A stretch of DNA of 64,000 nucleotides, taken from assembly GCA_965178125.1 (NCBI GenBank), contig OZ237758.1, positions 310,001-374,000 of the forward strand, read 5' to 3'. How positions within the stretch are numbered: position 1 is the first letter of the stretch; every line of letters starts with the position of its first letter. The position numbers were made by a program, and so were the translations under genes. This document shows positions 37,826-51,200 of the stretch, piece after piece. Source of the stretch: Bilabrum cf. latius. Taxonomy: Eukaryota. Under the pieces are notes generated by a model, which searched no databases, was not told the DNA's origin, and saw only the letters and a list, made by a program, of their open reading frames with translations.

Positions 37826-37979
37826 TACACATGGGGGGAGCAATTGCAGTTTGGTCTAGTTTTCGATAAAATCTCTTTCTTTGCATGGGTGCTAGGGGCC
37901 GAGGGCGGCCGGATCGGACCTAATCTGATCCGATCCAGCCGGCCTGCACGCTACCTTGCGTCGTTGAGTACCTCTCTCA

Positions 37980-39799
37980 TCACATGCGGAACACCCCGAA
38001 CTTGGTCTCCTCCACGGGCGCGTTGAGCGCGGCGCTCAGCGACATGCCAAGCACCTCCCTGCTCTGGTTGGGGCGGATGATCCCGTCGTCCCACACACGG
38101 GCCGTGCTGTAGTAAGCAGACCCCTGCTTGGCGTACTGGGCCCGGATGGGCGCCTTGAACGTGTCCTCTTCCTCTTGCGACCAGTCATCGCCCCTCGCCT
38201 CCTTGTTGTCCCGCTGCACCGTGGCGAGCACGCTGGCTGCCTGCTCCCCGCCCATCACACTGATCTCGCTGTTGGGCCACATGTACAGGAAGCGAGGCGA
38301 GTACGCCCGTCCGCACATCCCGTAGTTTCCGGCACCGAAAGATCCCCCGATGATGAGGGTCAGCTTCGGCACCTGCGCCGTGGCCACTGCCGTCACCAGC
38401 TTGGCCCCGTCCTTGGCGATGCCACCCGTCTCGTAGCTCTTGCCAACCATAAAGCCCGTGATGTTCTGCAAGAAGATGAGCGGGATCTTCCGTTGCGCGC
38501 ACAGCTCGATGAAGTTGGCGCCCTTCTTCGCGCTCTCAGAGAACAAGATCCCGTTGTTGGCCACGATCCCAACCGGCATGCCGTACAGACGACCGAACCC
38601 GCACACCAAGGTCTCACCGTACCTGGCCTTGTACTCGTCGAACCGGCTCCCGTCAAGCACTCGGGCCAGCACAGCTCGGACGTCGAACCCCTTCTTGGTG
38701 TCCGTTGGGATGAGACCCGCAAGTTCATCGGCGGTGTAGAGGGGCTCCTCGAACTCGGACCGGACGTCGATGTTGGGCTCCTTGTATCCGTTGAGGTTTG
38801 CGATGGAGCGGCGGGCCAGGGCCAGGGCGTGCTCGTCGTTGTTCGCGAAGTGGTCCGTCACGCCGCTCTGTGAGCAGTGGACGTCCGCTCCACCCAGCTC
38901 CTCGGCGGTGACTACTTCGCCCGTGGCGGCTTTAACCAGGGGCGGGCCGCCCAGGAAGATCGTCCCGTTTCCCTTGACGATGATGGACTCGTCGCTCATG
39001 GCTGGAACGTAGGCCCCCCCCGCCGTGCACGAGCCCATGACAACGGAGATCTGGGGAATGCCAGCGGCGCTCATGTTCGCCTAGTTGAAGAAAATGCGCC
39101 CAAAATGGTCTCTGTCGGGGAACACTTCGTCCTGCTTCGGCAAGAAGGCGCCCCCGGAGTCCACCAGGTACACGCACGGCAGCCGGTTCTGCTGCGCGAT
39201 CTCCTGCGCCCGCAGGTGCTTCTTCACCGTGATCGGGTAGTATGTGCCGCCTTTCACCGTGGCATCGTTTGCGACTACCATTACTTCTCTGCCATGCACC
39301 CTGCCGATCCCTGTTACTACGCCGCCCGATGGCAGGAACGTATTGTCGTACAGCTCCCATCCGGCCAGCGGTGACAGTTCCATGAACGGCGAGCCGTGGT
39401 CCAGCAAATGCTGGATGCGCTCTCTAGCTAAAAGCTTACCTCGAGATCTGTGCTTCTCGACAGCCTTCTCGCTACCACCAGCAGCAACGGCGCTGTGGCG
39501 CTCCCCCAGCGTGGCCTCTAGCGCGCGCATCGCATCAACATTCGCTTCAAACCCCGGCCCACTCGTTTCCATGCAGCTATCAAGCACACCAAGCTCGGGT
39601 ACCAAAGAGTAATTTCTGACAGCGAACCCCACCTAGCTGCTTGCAGCCCACCGGGAGCATGAAGCCACCGATCTCTGCGAGAGTAGTTGGATGGCAGTAA
39701 TTTCTCTATTCAAGATGCCCTTCTGCGCATATTACTCGGAACAGTCGTTTTGACACTAAGTCTTACCAATATAGTGCGGCGAACGACACTGTTCAGCAT
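37980..39799 (-). CDS. MCCC2: 3-methylcrotonyl-CoA carboxylase beta subunit, mitochondrial; exon 1 39799-39767, intron 39766-39675
   Basis: Highly conserved [64 protein letters not shown]. The transit peptide [20 protein letters not shown] is assembled by splicing. Confidence 0.95.
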
Positions 39800-39942
39800 G
39801 ACAGAGAGAGTTTGAGGGCAAGTTGCTTCACCGTGCACTTAATACAGATTTCCCCCCAGAACCCGCACCGTACCATAAGCAAAGTTGCCGCAGCAGGTAA
39901 GCGAGCAATCCTCGCTTAGTTAGTAGCTTAGCCCTATTCACC

Positions 39943-40381
39943 ATGGCTAGACATCGTGAGGAATACATTGACAAGCGATTCAAGGCCTTCAATATTCCAG
40001 CAAGCTTGACATGGATACCCAATGCACTTTTACTTGACCGTCTCTCATTCCGCAGAGCCCGACCTAGTAATGTGCCGAAAGACTACCGGGATTGTAACAG
40101 GCAAGCTATGTGAGGGCTGTGCAGGTCGCTGTCCTATCTGCGACAGCTACGTCAGGCAGCATGAACCGGCAAGGATATGCGACGAGTGCGACTATGGCAG
40201 CTCATCGGGCAGGTGCATCATTTGCAAGCGAGCCGGGGCGGAGGACGCTTTCTACTGCTTTGAATGCTGCTAGCAAGAGAAAGATAGGGATGGTTGTCCC
40301 GCAGTGATAAATATGGGCAAGCAAAGGGCATCGACGTACTACTCGCAGAAAAAATATGGGTTCAAGGACAGAACCACATGA
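39943..40381 (+). CDS. PHF5A: PHD finger-like domain protein 5A (SF3b subunit, Rds3); intron 39956-40054
   Basis: [13 protein letters not shown]...[19 protein letters not shown]...ICDECDYG...[22 protein letters not shown]...KKYGFK-...TGA. Confidence 0.95.
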
Positions 40382-40420
40382 CGAGGACACGGATTCTCTC
40401 TCGGCCCATTAGGTATCGTT

Positions 40421-42136
40421 CACATGGCGTGTTGCAAACCCGCTGCCAGCAAGCGGCAGCTTGCCAGAAAGGCCGTCCGAGCTTTCCACCGGATCTGGAT
40501 CGAGCGTCGGGAATTCGCGCGGTCGACTCGGCGTAGAGATGCGAACCAAGACGTGAGAAGCAGGGCAACAGCGACCTGTAATATGCAGTCGATAGCTAGA
40601 AATCCTCCAGGAAGAAGATGTGCTGCCTTGCCATTGTCGGGATCGTGGTGCTAGGCCTAGTGCCAATCTCCGCCGGGGGTCTCTGCTGCCGTCTATGAGA
40701 TGAGACGTTCCAGTGAAAACCCGGATGTGGCAATGGGTGGGGTACATGCCTGATCGTGTTAAATTGCTTTTCCAAGTGAATCTCGTCTGATCATCCTGCA
40801 CTCACCTCCTTCGGCTTGATCTTGGACAAGCTAGCCACGACTTGCGAGGGCTCTTGTCGCGACTCACAGCGTGTGCCCATCACCCTGATCAACGCCTTAC
40901 AACATGTCGTGGTCATCAATATCCCGGAGCTGTCAGACCCAGGATGTTTGCCGTTCTTCAGCGTCATGTCCTTGTCCTCCTCGCTTCGGAGCTCCAGCAC
41001 CAGTCGCGTCACCATCTGGTCAAGTGCCAGTGGCGACATGCTGGTATCGATGCCCTCCAAGAAATCATCTATCCTGGCAGAGGCGGGGTACTAGGAGGCT
41101 GCCTGCATTGCTTCTTTCATTTGCCGAGCCTGTGCATTATCTTCATCTCCTTCTCGACCAGATCGACCATCCGTGCATCATATCTGTCCTCTCGGGTTCA
41201 GCCCCGGGAACACCACGATCACCTCGCAGTTTCTCCCGCCTGCGAGTGGCTGCAGCTACTACTCCCCACGCTGATCTGATGGCTTCTCGCCCGAAGCGAT
41301 CCATGAGCATCAAGTGGGACTTCCAGTAGTCCGGCCGATTCGATCCGCTGCTCGAGCTCATGGGGCCAGAATCCACGCCGGGGTCACCAGTAGCAATAGC
41401 ATTCGCCTAGATCCGCTTCTATGGACATGTCAGATATACGCTTAGCAGTTTCAAGCGATGCACCAACGCTGGGTGAATCCGCACCAGCACCACTGGCAGG
41501 CGGTAGATCTAGCGGTGCTGCCTCGACTGGCCCTCCTTCAAGAACTGCAGCATACCCGCCGCTTGGGGGCCCATCTGGCCTCTCTGGCTGATCTCCATTC
41601 ATTGGAAGCCACTCAAAATGAATTGGGCTATACACAATGGCTGCTTTCTTCAGGCTGTGTCTGATTGCTGGGCCGTTGCCCGACAAGTGGGCATCGTCGT
41701 TGGCGGCATGGGGCGGCGGCTCCGAGGACGAGGCACCTGAACATCCTTTGCCGCATGACGTATGATTCATCAGACTGGATTGCGTCAGAACAATTTGCAT
41801 CCAATCGGACACCTCCTGTTTGGTGGCATCTCCATCGAAGTCCTTTGAGCCGGGTATCGATATCCTTTATCTTGCTCGCTAACCGTGCACTCCGGTAGTG
41901 CGTCGGGGTCATCCGACTAGCAGTCGCTTGCACTACGCTCCTTCATATGCCGATGAGTTGCCTCCATCTCCGCCATCCGTTCGTCGGAGACTGGTGCGCC
42001 GAAGTCCTCTGGTAAAGTCTCTGCGAGAGCCGACAAGGATTGAGTGGAAATCGCCTTCGCGCACGATACAGACGAAGCCATGGCAGAGGTAATCCTGACC
42101 TTCTGTGTGATTCGCTTTATCTGCATCGAAGATCAT
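40421..42136 (-). pseudogene. Unresolved minus-strand coding-like region (possible pseudogene or gene with unrecognised introns)
   Basis: Protein-like patches occur in three different frames, with a strong donor GAG|gtgagt near 40804. No continuous frame even with TAG=Gln. Confidence 0.25.
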
Positions 42137-42284
42137 AGGGTCAAGAATATATCAAAGAAGCTGCAACGTCTGCTTGCTGCAATGCGGTGCAGACGATTCG
42201 CAACCAAAGTTACGTGTCTATTGCAATGCAGACGCGCTTCTGCGGTCTACTGCTCTGAACCATTTTAGTGCCCTGGGAGACGAT

Positions 42285-45200
42285 ATGCAAATCGTGGTCG
42301 GAATGACGGTAGGGCTGCTAGCATGTTGTGCGAATTATGCTGCCTCGATCCGGGTCCGCGAATCCCTGCAAGTGGGAGTGACGGGGATGCAGCTGCAAAC
42401 GCGCAATAGAGCCAGCCGCAACAGAGCGAGACGCAATTTGCACGGCTCCCATGCCCAATCTGACGGCGCTTGTGACACGGAGAGTCCTGACAATTGCGAA
42501 ATAATTGAGGATTCCGTTTCTCGAGAGATGCTACCTGGTCAGCTGCTTCCGCAGGGAAGATGCCTGAAGGCAGACGTCAATGACGCGGACGGTGTTCACG
42601 CCAAGCTTTGTCTGCTCGAAAACGGAAACCTGGAGCTGTTCGAGGAATTTGATGACCATCATTTAAAGTACTGGAGCTCAAATTCGATGCAAGCAGCCGT
42701 AGCTGACTAGTCCGGCCCGTTCGCCTTGATGTTTACGACGTCGGGGGACCTGCTTCTCCTGGACGCGGGCAGCGGCCACAGTGGAGATACTGTGAACGCT
42801 CTGCAAGCAGCTGCAGAGAGTGAAAGCATCGCTGAGATTTGGACTCGCTCTGCGTCGGTGGTGGGCGAGATCCAGGCATTGCGACTGACGCGTGAGGGCA
42901 ACGTCGTAATACTCGACTCGAGGAACCGGGCCGTGTGGGAGACCCGGACAAAGATCGAGGCGCAGTGGGCCATCATTCTGAAGTCGTACGGGTGGTGCTA
43001 GGTCGGGAAACCGAGTTAGGGGGGCGCCATAGGAGACAGACTAGTCGACATCATCCTATCGACCGACTCAGAAAAGGCACGGGCCATTCGGGCGGAAATA
43101 GGCATGGTTACCTACCCATTCCACAACAACCTATGCACGGTGGCTTCCATGGGCGGCTGGGAGCGGTACGAACGCTTCCGACGCGCCAATACCCAAGACT
43201 TCTGGTCCACGCACTGGATGGTTCCAGCGCTGAGGAGCGTCGGGGTACAATTCTGCGGGGAGGGCGACCTGTCTTTTTGCAAGGATGTTCCTGATGGCGC
43301 TGATTCCATTAGGCCGGGGGAGGCACTGAGGGAGGGGCATGCCATCCAGCGTAGGATCACCACCAAAACCGTGTTTGGTGGGGTCAATCAGGGGCTGTCC
43401 AACTTCCTTACACCTCTCAAAGAGAGCATCCATGGGAAGGACGAGAGAGCGAGCCGGCAGGGTATTCCGTACATCAACTCCGTGGACAGTCGCCTTGAAA
43501 TGCAGACGGATGGGAACCTAGTCCTGTCATTCAGGTAGGCCGAGTGCAAGGCCTAGTTTGCCAAGGAGTCCGGGACGGATGGTATCGAGCTCGACGGTGG
43601 GTATGCCAACTGCGACGACGAAGAGGTGGAGTGCAAGTGCGGCGATGAGAGCGTAGACGTGCATGCAGCGCTGGACACAGCAGAGTGGAAGGTGGTGTGG
43701 GCAACCAACACAGACATCGAGACCGAGGAGGACCTGCAGGGCCCCTTCGCGCTTGTGATGACGACTGCGGGCGACCTGACGCTGGTGGACGGAGCTGGGA
43801 CAGTGGCATGGCGCTAGGACACGGGCGATGCGTCACCCATTGTGTGCGCAACGGTTGTCGGTATTCGTCGTCTGCCAACTATGAGCAGCTTCGGCGACAA
43901 GACCCCTAGCGCTGACGACCTACTCCTCAACTTCAACGTCTACAGGGCGGACACGCGGTACCCCACGGATGCGTGCTCGCAAGAAGCGGCTCCCCAAACG
44001 ACCATGGCTGATCCAAACCTCGTGTGGAGCACCATCACGGCTCCACTGAGCAAAGTGAATACGTCACCCCGCGGTCCGGATGGTGCGACTTTGATCACCT
44101 GGAGGAGCCGCACGGACAATCCAGGTAGACCGGCCTGCTCGCTGATGACGCTAGATCAATGCACAGATGTGCCCATGGGCAGCGACGAGATGCTCCCTGG
44201 ACAAGTATTGAGGGAGGGAAGGTCACTGGAGGTGCCCCTGGGACGACTCACGATGCAGGACGACGGAAATTTGGTGCTGACGCTGGGGCGTGATACGGTG
44301 ATATGGGAGTCGTTCACGCACGCTGGCGCCTTCCACGAGGACACGGCCGATGTCAAGGCGCGTAAGGCACAGCAAAAGGGACCATACGCATTCGTGATGA
44401 CTTCCATGGCAGAGCTGATGATCATCGATGGCCTCGGGCAGATCCTGTGGTTCGTAGATGGACCCAAGACGTACAACGTCCACATCAAGCCGGACCGCGG
44501 GTTAGGCGCTGAAAAGCTCATGTCGCCGACGTCTCTTATCATAGATACGATCGAAAATGGCATCTTCAGCGGCTATGTAAGCCCTGCAGCGGTCATTGTG
44601 GCTGCATCTCCGTCTCAGAACTTTCCAGCGTGGAGGTTTCGGCTGTAGGAAGACGGCAACGCTGTGCTGCTAGGAGGCGGGTTTGAGCCGATGTTCGTGA
44701 CCAACACAGGAGATTGGCACAAGAATGATGACGAGTGGCCAATGGCTATCCTGTCAGACTACACATTGTACGGAGGTGGCATGGTGAGGTGCAATCCAGC
44801 GAACGACCAGACGTTCTTCGAGTGGGCCAAGATGCTCAAGCAGTGTTCAGTCGAGCTCGTAGGTGACATAGCGCTCGCAGTCCTCACGGCAGGTATAAGT
44901 AGCCCAGGAACTGTCGCCAAGTGGGCGGGCAAGCTTACAGCTGCCGTTGCCAAGTACACAACGAAGGAGTTTGCCATACACAGCCTCGAGACAGTTGCGA
45001 AGTCGACGATCAAGATCTCAAAAAGTATCGCTATGGCAGCAGCTAAGGTTGCTATGTCACCCGTCACCTTCGTCAAGTACGCAGCGAGGGTGGGCGTTGT
45101 CGGCATGGCCAAGGACGTAGGCGCTCTGTTTATGCTGGTGCTGCGGAAGAGCGGGCAGGTGGTCGAGTCCGTCGGTATTATGGCGGGTAAGGCAGTGTAC

Positions 45201-48200
45201 ACAACAGGCAAGGCGTTGTTGTCAGGCTCCATCGCGCTGGCTAAAGCTCTGGCCAAAGGAGCGCGAGCCTTGTGGAACATGGGCATCGGGAAGATCACCA
45301 TGGCGGTGTTGGAGGGAGGGTTCAAGATTGGAAGGTTCGCGGTCCTTGGCGCCGAATTCGTTCTGAAGGACATCCTTCTTGCGGGACCGACCGCGCTGTA
45401 CAGGTTTGGGGCATCGTTTAAGTCGTTCCTGAAGGTCGGGGGCACACACGCCGCTGCAGAACTTCTCGCGGAAACAACCAAGTCTGGCGTGTTGGACGCC
45501 GTGATACATCACGGAGCTGATGCAGTGGCGCCAGGGGAGTCGTCATTAGGTGCTGTTGCAGCAGAGGCGGCAGCTGAAGCAGCCGAGGCGGCAACGAAGC
45601 GGAGTACATCGGAGATCGGGGAGTTAGCCTCAGAGGGGGCCGTTGCTGCAAGTCACCGCGCCTCTGTCCAGCAGTTTAACGAGGCCATTGACATCGCTGT
45701 TCGAAAAGAAATCTCGTCGGATCACCTGGTCGCTGACAGCTCAATCGACTACTTAGTGGAGCAAGCGACCGACCGGACATGGGTGTTCGAAGTAGCCGAT
45801 AATGCCGCCATCGAAGTACAAGAAGTCGGAAAAGTGCAGAAATCAGGCGGGTCGTCATCACTCAAGCCGATTGATGAACCACGAGCCATCGACCCCATCC
45901 CAGACAGGCAGTCGGTTGCCGGTCTTGATGCGGCTTCATTTGAGAGGCAGCTTTCTGTGCCTGGCGGGCAAGCGGTAGACATGGGTCCAATAGTCGATGA
46001 TCTGGCCGCTCAGCTTACCGCCAGCAAGCAGGCCATCAAGGACATCGACTCATTCGCCTTCAGATCCATCGAGAACCTGCCTGCACAGGAAGTAGCCAAG
46101 CAGCGCGCCTTCGCCAAGAAGGTGCTCGAGACCAACGCTGACCTCGTCCGGTACGACGCCCTCGTCAAGTACGGCGAGGAAGCAGCTGCCAAGGGCCTGG
46201 ACGCCGATGCTGCGCTGCTCAAGGCGGCCGACATGACGCTGGAGCAGGCCAAGCGGGCCAAGGAGGCCAATGAGCTGGCCATGGTGTGGAGCATGCATGG
46301 GACGAGCGGAGACACGCAGTCGATGCTGGGGGAGGTGCTGACCATGGACGGGGCGGTGGAGGGCAGGACGTTCCCGATGAAGCTCGCTGGTGCTGTGGAC
46401 TCCAAGGGGGATGCGGCGATGATGAAGGTGCGATCGGCTCTGGATCGGATGGGGAAGGAGCCACTGCCGGAGTTCCACCCGAAGCGCATGGCGGACCTGC
46501 AGCAGGCAAGCACACTGGCGAAGTCACCGAAGGGCGAGCTGGCTGAGGCATTCGAGCAGGCGAACCTGATCCTGAAGCTGCGCTTTGAGGAACTCGATGC
46601 TCGAGCTGCCCTGGGTGCTGCCCAGCTGGCTGAGTCGAGTGGCGTGGACCCGTCGGCGCTGCTGCGCCTGGCGAGTGACAGCGGGGACATGGCAGGGCTG
46701 ACGGACAAGATCGCAGCAATCGAGAAGCAGATCAATCGAGAGAGTCTCGATCTTATCACATACAAGATCGGCTAGTTGGGTGCTGGAAATAAGGGCTGGA
46801 AAAAGGAGTTGGTGGAGTCCTTCGTCAACATGAACTTCGAGAAGGCCGAGAGGGGCTCACCCGATGCCCAGTACCTTCGCGCCATGGCGGAAGAAGCTAG
46901 ACTGCACAATTCGGGCAGCATTGATGCTTCCCTTGTGCTGGACGGTCCGATAAAGGGGAACAACAAGGTAGTGGTTGACGACTACTTCTACGGTAAGGCC
47001 GCAGATGGTCCAGTTGGGCAGATCGATGGAATAGCCGGGAATAGCGACATTGCAGCCAAGCAGGCAGCCAGCAAGCAGGCCATCAAGGACATCGACTCAT
47101 TCGCCTTCAAATCCATCGAGAACATGCCTGCACAGGAGCTAGCCAAGCAGCGCGCCTTCGCCAAGAAGGTGCTCGAGACCAACGCCGACCTCGTCCGGTA
47201 CGACGCCCTCGTCAAGTACGGCGAGGAAGCAGCTGCCAAGGGCCTGGACGCCGATGCTGCGCTGCTCAAGGCGGCCGACATGACGCTGGAGCAGGCCAAG
47301 CGGGCCAAGGAGGCCAATGAGCTGGCCATGGTGTGGAGCATGCATGGGACGAGCGGAGACACGCAGTCGATGCTGGGGGAGGTGCTGACCATGGACGGGG
47401 CGGTGGAGGGCAGGACGCTCCCGATGAAGCTCGCTGGTGCTGTGGACTCCAAGGGGGATGCGGCGATGATGAAGGTGCGATCGGCTCTGGATCGGATGGG
47501 GAAGGAGCCACTGCCGGAGTTCCACCCGAAGCGCATGGCGGACCTGCAGCAGGCAAGCACACTGGCGAAGTCACCGAAGGGCAAGCTGGCTGAGGCGTAC
47601 GAGCAGGCGAACCTGATCCTGAAGCTGCGCTTTGAGGAACTCGATGCTCGAGCTGCCCTGGGTGCTGCCCAGCTGGCTGAGTCGAGTGGCGTGGACCCGT
47701 CGGCGCTGCTGCGCCTGGCGAGTGACAGCGGGGACATGGCAGGGCTGACGAACAAGATCGCAGCAATCGAAAGAGACATCGCAGGTGAGAGCAAGGACCT
47801 GCTGACGTACAAGCTCGGCGTCCTGAACAAGAACCCAACAGAGAAGGAAGTGCAGCAGAAGGTGATGTCCCGCTTCGGCAAGAAGAAGCACACGGCCGAT
47901 GCAGACTTCTTGCATGCCATGGCGCAGGAAGCTCGATTGCATGACGCTGGAGGTGCTGTGGATCCCGCTATCATCGTCGATGGCCCCATGAAGGACTACC
48001 GGAAGCTCGTGGTTGACGATCACATCCCGAGTACGGCCGCGGATGGTGGCGGTGACATCAAGCAGATCGGCAAGGAGGCCGATGGTGTTCCAGGTGACAA
48101 GGCTGACCTGGTGGATGGAGACGTGGGGCACGCGAAGCTTGAGCCTGACGGGCGGCAGATCCACTTCGCTGGAGGTGCGGGGCCTGAAATCGATGTACCC

Positions 48201-51200
48201 ATCGATGCCTTGGTGGACGATGTAGGCACCTGCAGGGCAAAGGCAGCCAGAATGAGGTGCGTGTTCGATGCTAGCGAAGGCGAGGGCAAAGGCGACTTTT
48301 TTGATATGGCGAATGGCAAGAAGCGGCTGGTGGCTTAGTAGGAGCAGCGCGTCAAGCTCGATCAGTACCTGCGCATTCAACAGGCTGATTCAAAGGCCAA
48401 TAGGCTTTGGCAGACTATTCGTATGAAGCAGAATGCCGTTGGCGCAACGACGGACCGGCTGCACTACATCCAGGACTGCGCAGACCAGGCGGTCAAGATG
48501 GGAGGGGACAGAGATGCTTTCCTCCGCAAGTACTTCAGGATGACTTCCGAGAGCCTAGACAGCCAGGTGGCTACGTTCGATACTGCTGCATTCATGGGAA
48601 CACATGCGCAGAAGGACCTGTTTCCTGTTGGAAGTGTCGACACCTACTGGAGTAATCTGAACGACTTGCACACAGACTGGCTGATGAGGTTCAAGATGTC
48701 AGAGGACACGGTGTCCAAGCTGGAAAGCCATATGCTGGGTCTTTCTCCGCCCGATCTAGCGCTGCGTGACTTCGCTGCCGCATCCCGGTCCATCGCAGAC
48801 CCACTAGACAGCGAGTTCTACCGGCTCACGGCTGAGCTTGCGCAAGCCGAGTCCCAGTGCAGCACGCTACTGTTGGCTGAAACTGCTATCAGAGCTGCTG
48901 AGGACGTTGGAGCGGACTCCAACTACATCGCATAGCATGTAGTTCTGACCCAGTAGTCTCCTGGAGATATTTCCAAGGCGCGGAAAGCCATGGAGAAGGT
49001 GAACCAGAGACTGCGGGACGACTGGGTTGAGCTCCTGAGGGAGACGAGCAATGCGGAGATCGCCGAGATTTCCGAACGCACTGGGCTCAACATGGTTGGC
49101 GCCGTAGACTCAATCGAAGATGCTATCAAGGAGGCTGCAAGCAAGAGCGTGCCGCACGACGCTCCTGCAGATGGGTTTGACATCGTCAGCGTCATGCAGG
49201 ATGTGTTTGACAATGGCCCAGCTGACCCACCAGTCGGAGCCCTGTCCGCCGAAGAGCTCGAGGCGGCAAAGAAGATGACATCAGTGGAGGAAGGCGACTA
49301 GGTCCTGTACTTCAAACGGGATGCCGATGGCGACGTGGTGCTGGATAAGGAGAAATCCTAGTTGGGGTGGGAGGAGCCAACCCGGCCTCGCAGCTACTCC
49401 GAGACGCTGCCAGAGCTGAATGAGATGGATGGAGGCGCCGATTCTGCTGCGAGCTCCGGTGAAACAGTGATAGAGAAGATGTCTGACGTCGACTCATCAT
49501 TCTGGTCAGACCCTGCCAGTGACTAGCAGGTGGCAGAGCTGTCTGCCGACGCAGACGTTAGGCCGTCACTTGACGATATCGACATCCGTGAGCGCAGCAA
49601 ATCTGAAGTGGTCACGTCCAAGAGTGACCTGGAAAGCGGTACGGAGGCTCCAGGGAAGGACAGCAAAGTACCTGATGAGGGCAGTTCGAAGGGTGGCTCT
49701 GACCTGGGATCCCATCCAGATGCTGCGGGTGTTGACATGGGGCAAGCATCGGTTGCAACGCCAGATGAAATTGCTGCTCAGCTCGCCGCCAGCAAGCAGG
49801 CCATCAAGGACATCGACTCATTCGCCTTCAAATCCATCAAGCGTATGCCAGGCCAGACCCTGACCAGCGAGCGCGCCATCGCCAAGAAGGTGCTCGAGAC
49901 CAACGCCGACCTCGTCCGGTACGACGCCCTCGTCAAGTACGGCGAGGAAGCAGCTGCCAAGGGCCTGGACGCCGATGCTGCGCTGCTCAAGGCGGCCGAC
50001 ATGACGCTGGAGCAGGCCAAGCGGGCCAAGGAGGCCAATGAGCTGGCCATGGTGTGGAGCATGCATGGGACGAGCGGAGACACGCAGTCGATGCTGAGGG
50101 AGGTGCTTGACGGTCCCTATGCTGCAAGAGCAGACGGTGCAACGTTTCCGATGCAACTGGCGAGTTGTATGGAGCCACTAGACTCTACATCGGAGGCCAT
50201 GGTGGCCGGGCTGCGAGAAATGAGGGGGGAGCCACTTCCGAAGTATCACCCTGCAAGGATGCAGTATCTTCGTGAGGCCAGTCAGTATGCCATGGACCCG
50301 CACGGTGAGTTAATGCCTTTGTTCGTGTAGGCCAACATGGTGAATGGCTTACGGCAGGAAATGCTGCAACTAGAAGCGGCTTACGGAGTCGCCACTCTTG
50401 CCTAGAAAGCTGGGGTGGACAACTCGGTCCTCCTCCGGATCGTGAGCGATTCTGGCGACCTTTCCGGACTAAGCGAAAAGATTGCTTAGGTGAATCGCCA
50501 AATTCGCAAAGAGAGCGAAATACTAGTATTGCATAAGGTTGAGGTTTTCGGCACTCGCACGAGAGAGTCCGTGCTTAGCGCAGCAGAGAATACACTAAAT
50601 TTACATTCTGCCAGCGTGACGCCCGAAGACAGGTCGTACATACTCGCAATGTTGGATGAGGCGTGGCTGCACAAGTCGGAGCCGAATGCCGCTGAGTTGA
50701 CCATTGACCGAAGCATGCCGAAACAACGCGCGAAGATGGACACGGTATACATGCACAACGGAGAGCGAGTCAAGGTCAAGATTCAGGACGACTACATTGG
50801 CACTGGCGAGAACGTTGACAGTACTCCTGGCAGCAAAGCTGGTGGTCAAGAGCATCCTGATACCGATCTACACCACCAGCAGAGCAACTTACAGTCGGAC
50901 AAGGTTGCCGACATTCCAGTTGATCCAAGCACAAACCAAGAGCTAGTTGCATGGCAGGCAGCCAACAAGCAGGCCATCAAGGACATCGACTCATTCACCT
51001 TCAGATCCATCGAGAACATGCCTGCACAGGAGCTAGCCAAGCAGCGCGCCTTCGCCAAGAAGGTGCTCGAGACCAACGCTGACCTCGTCCGGTACGACGC
51101 CCTCGTCAAGTATGGCGAGGAAGCAGCTGCCAAGGGCCTGGACGCCGATGCTGCGCTGCTCAAGGCGGCCGACATGACGCTGGAGCAGGCCAAGCGGGCC

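Noticed and set aside
39632-39720. Non-AUG start for MCCC2
   Set aside because: An upstream 33-nt exon (ATG 39799) with a gtaaga...tcgcag intron supplies a normal start.
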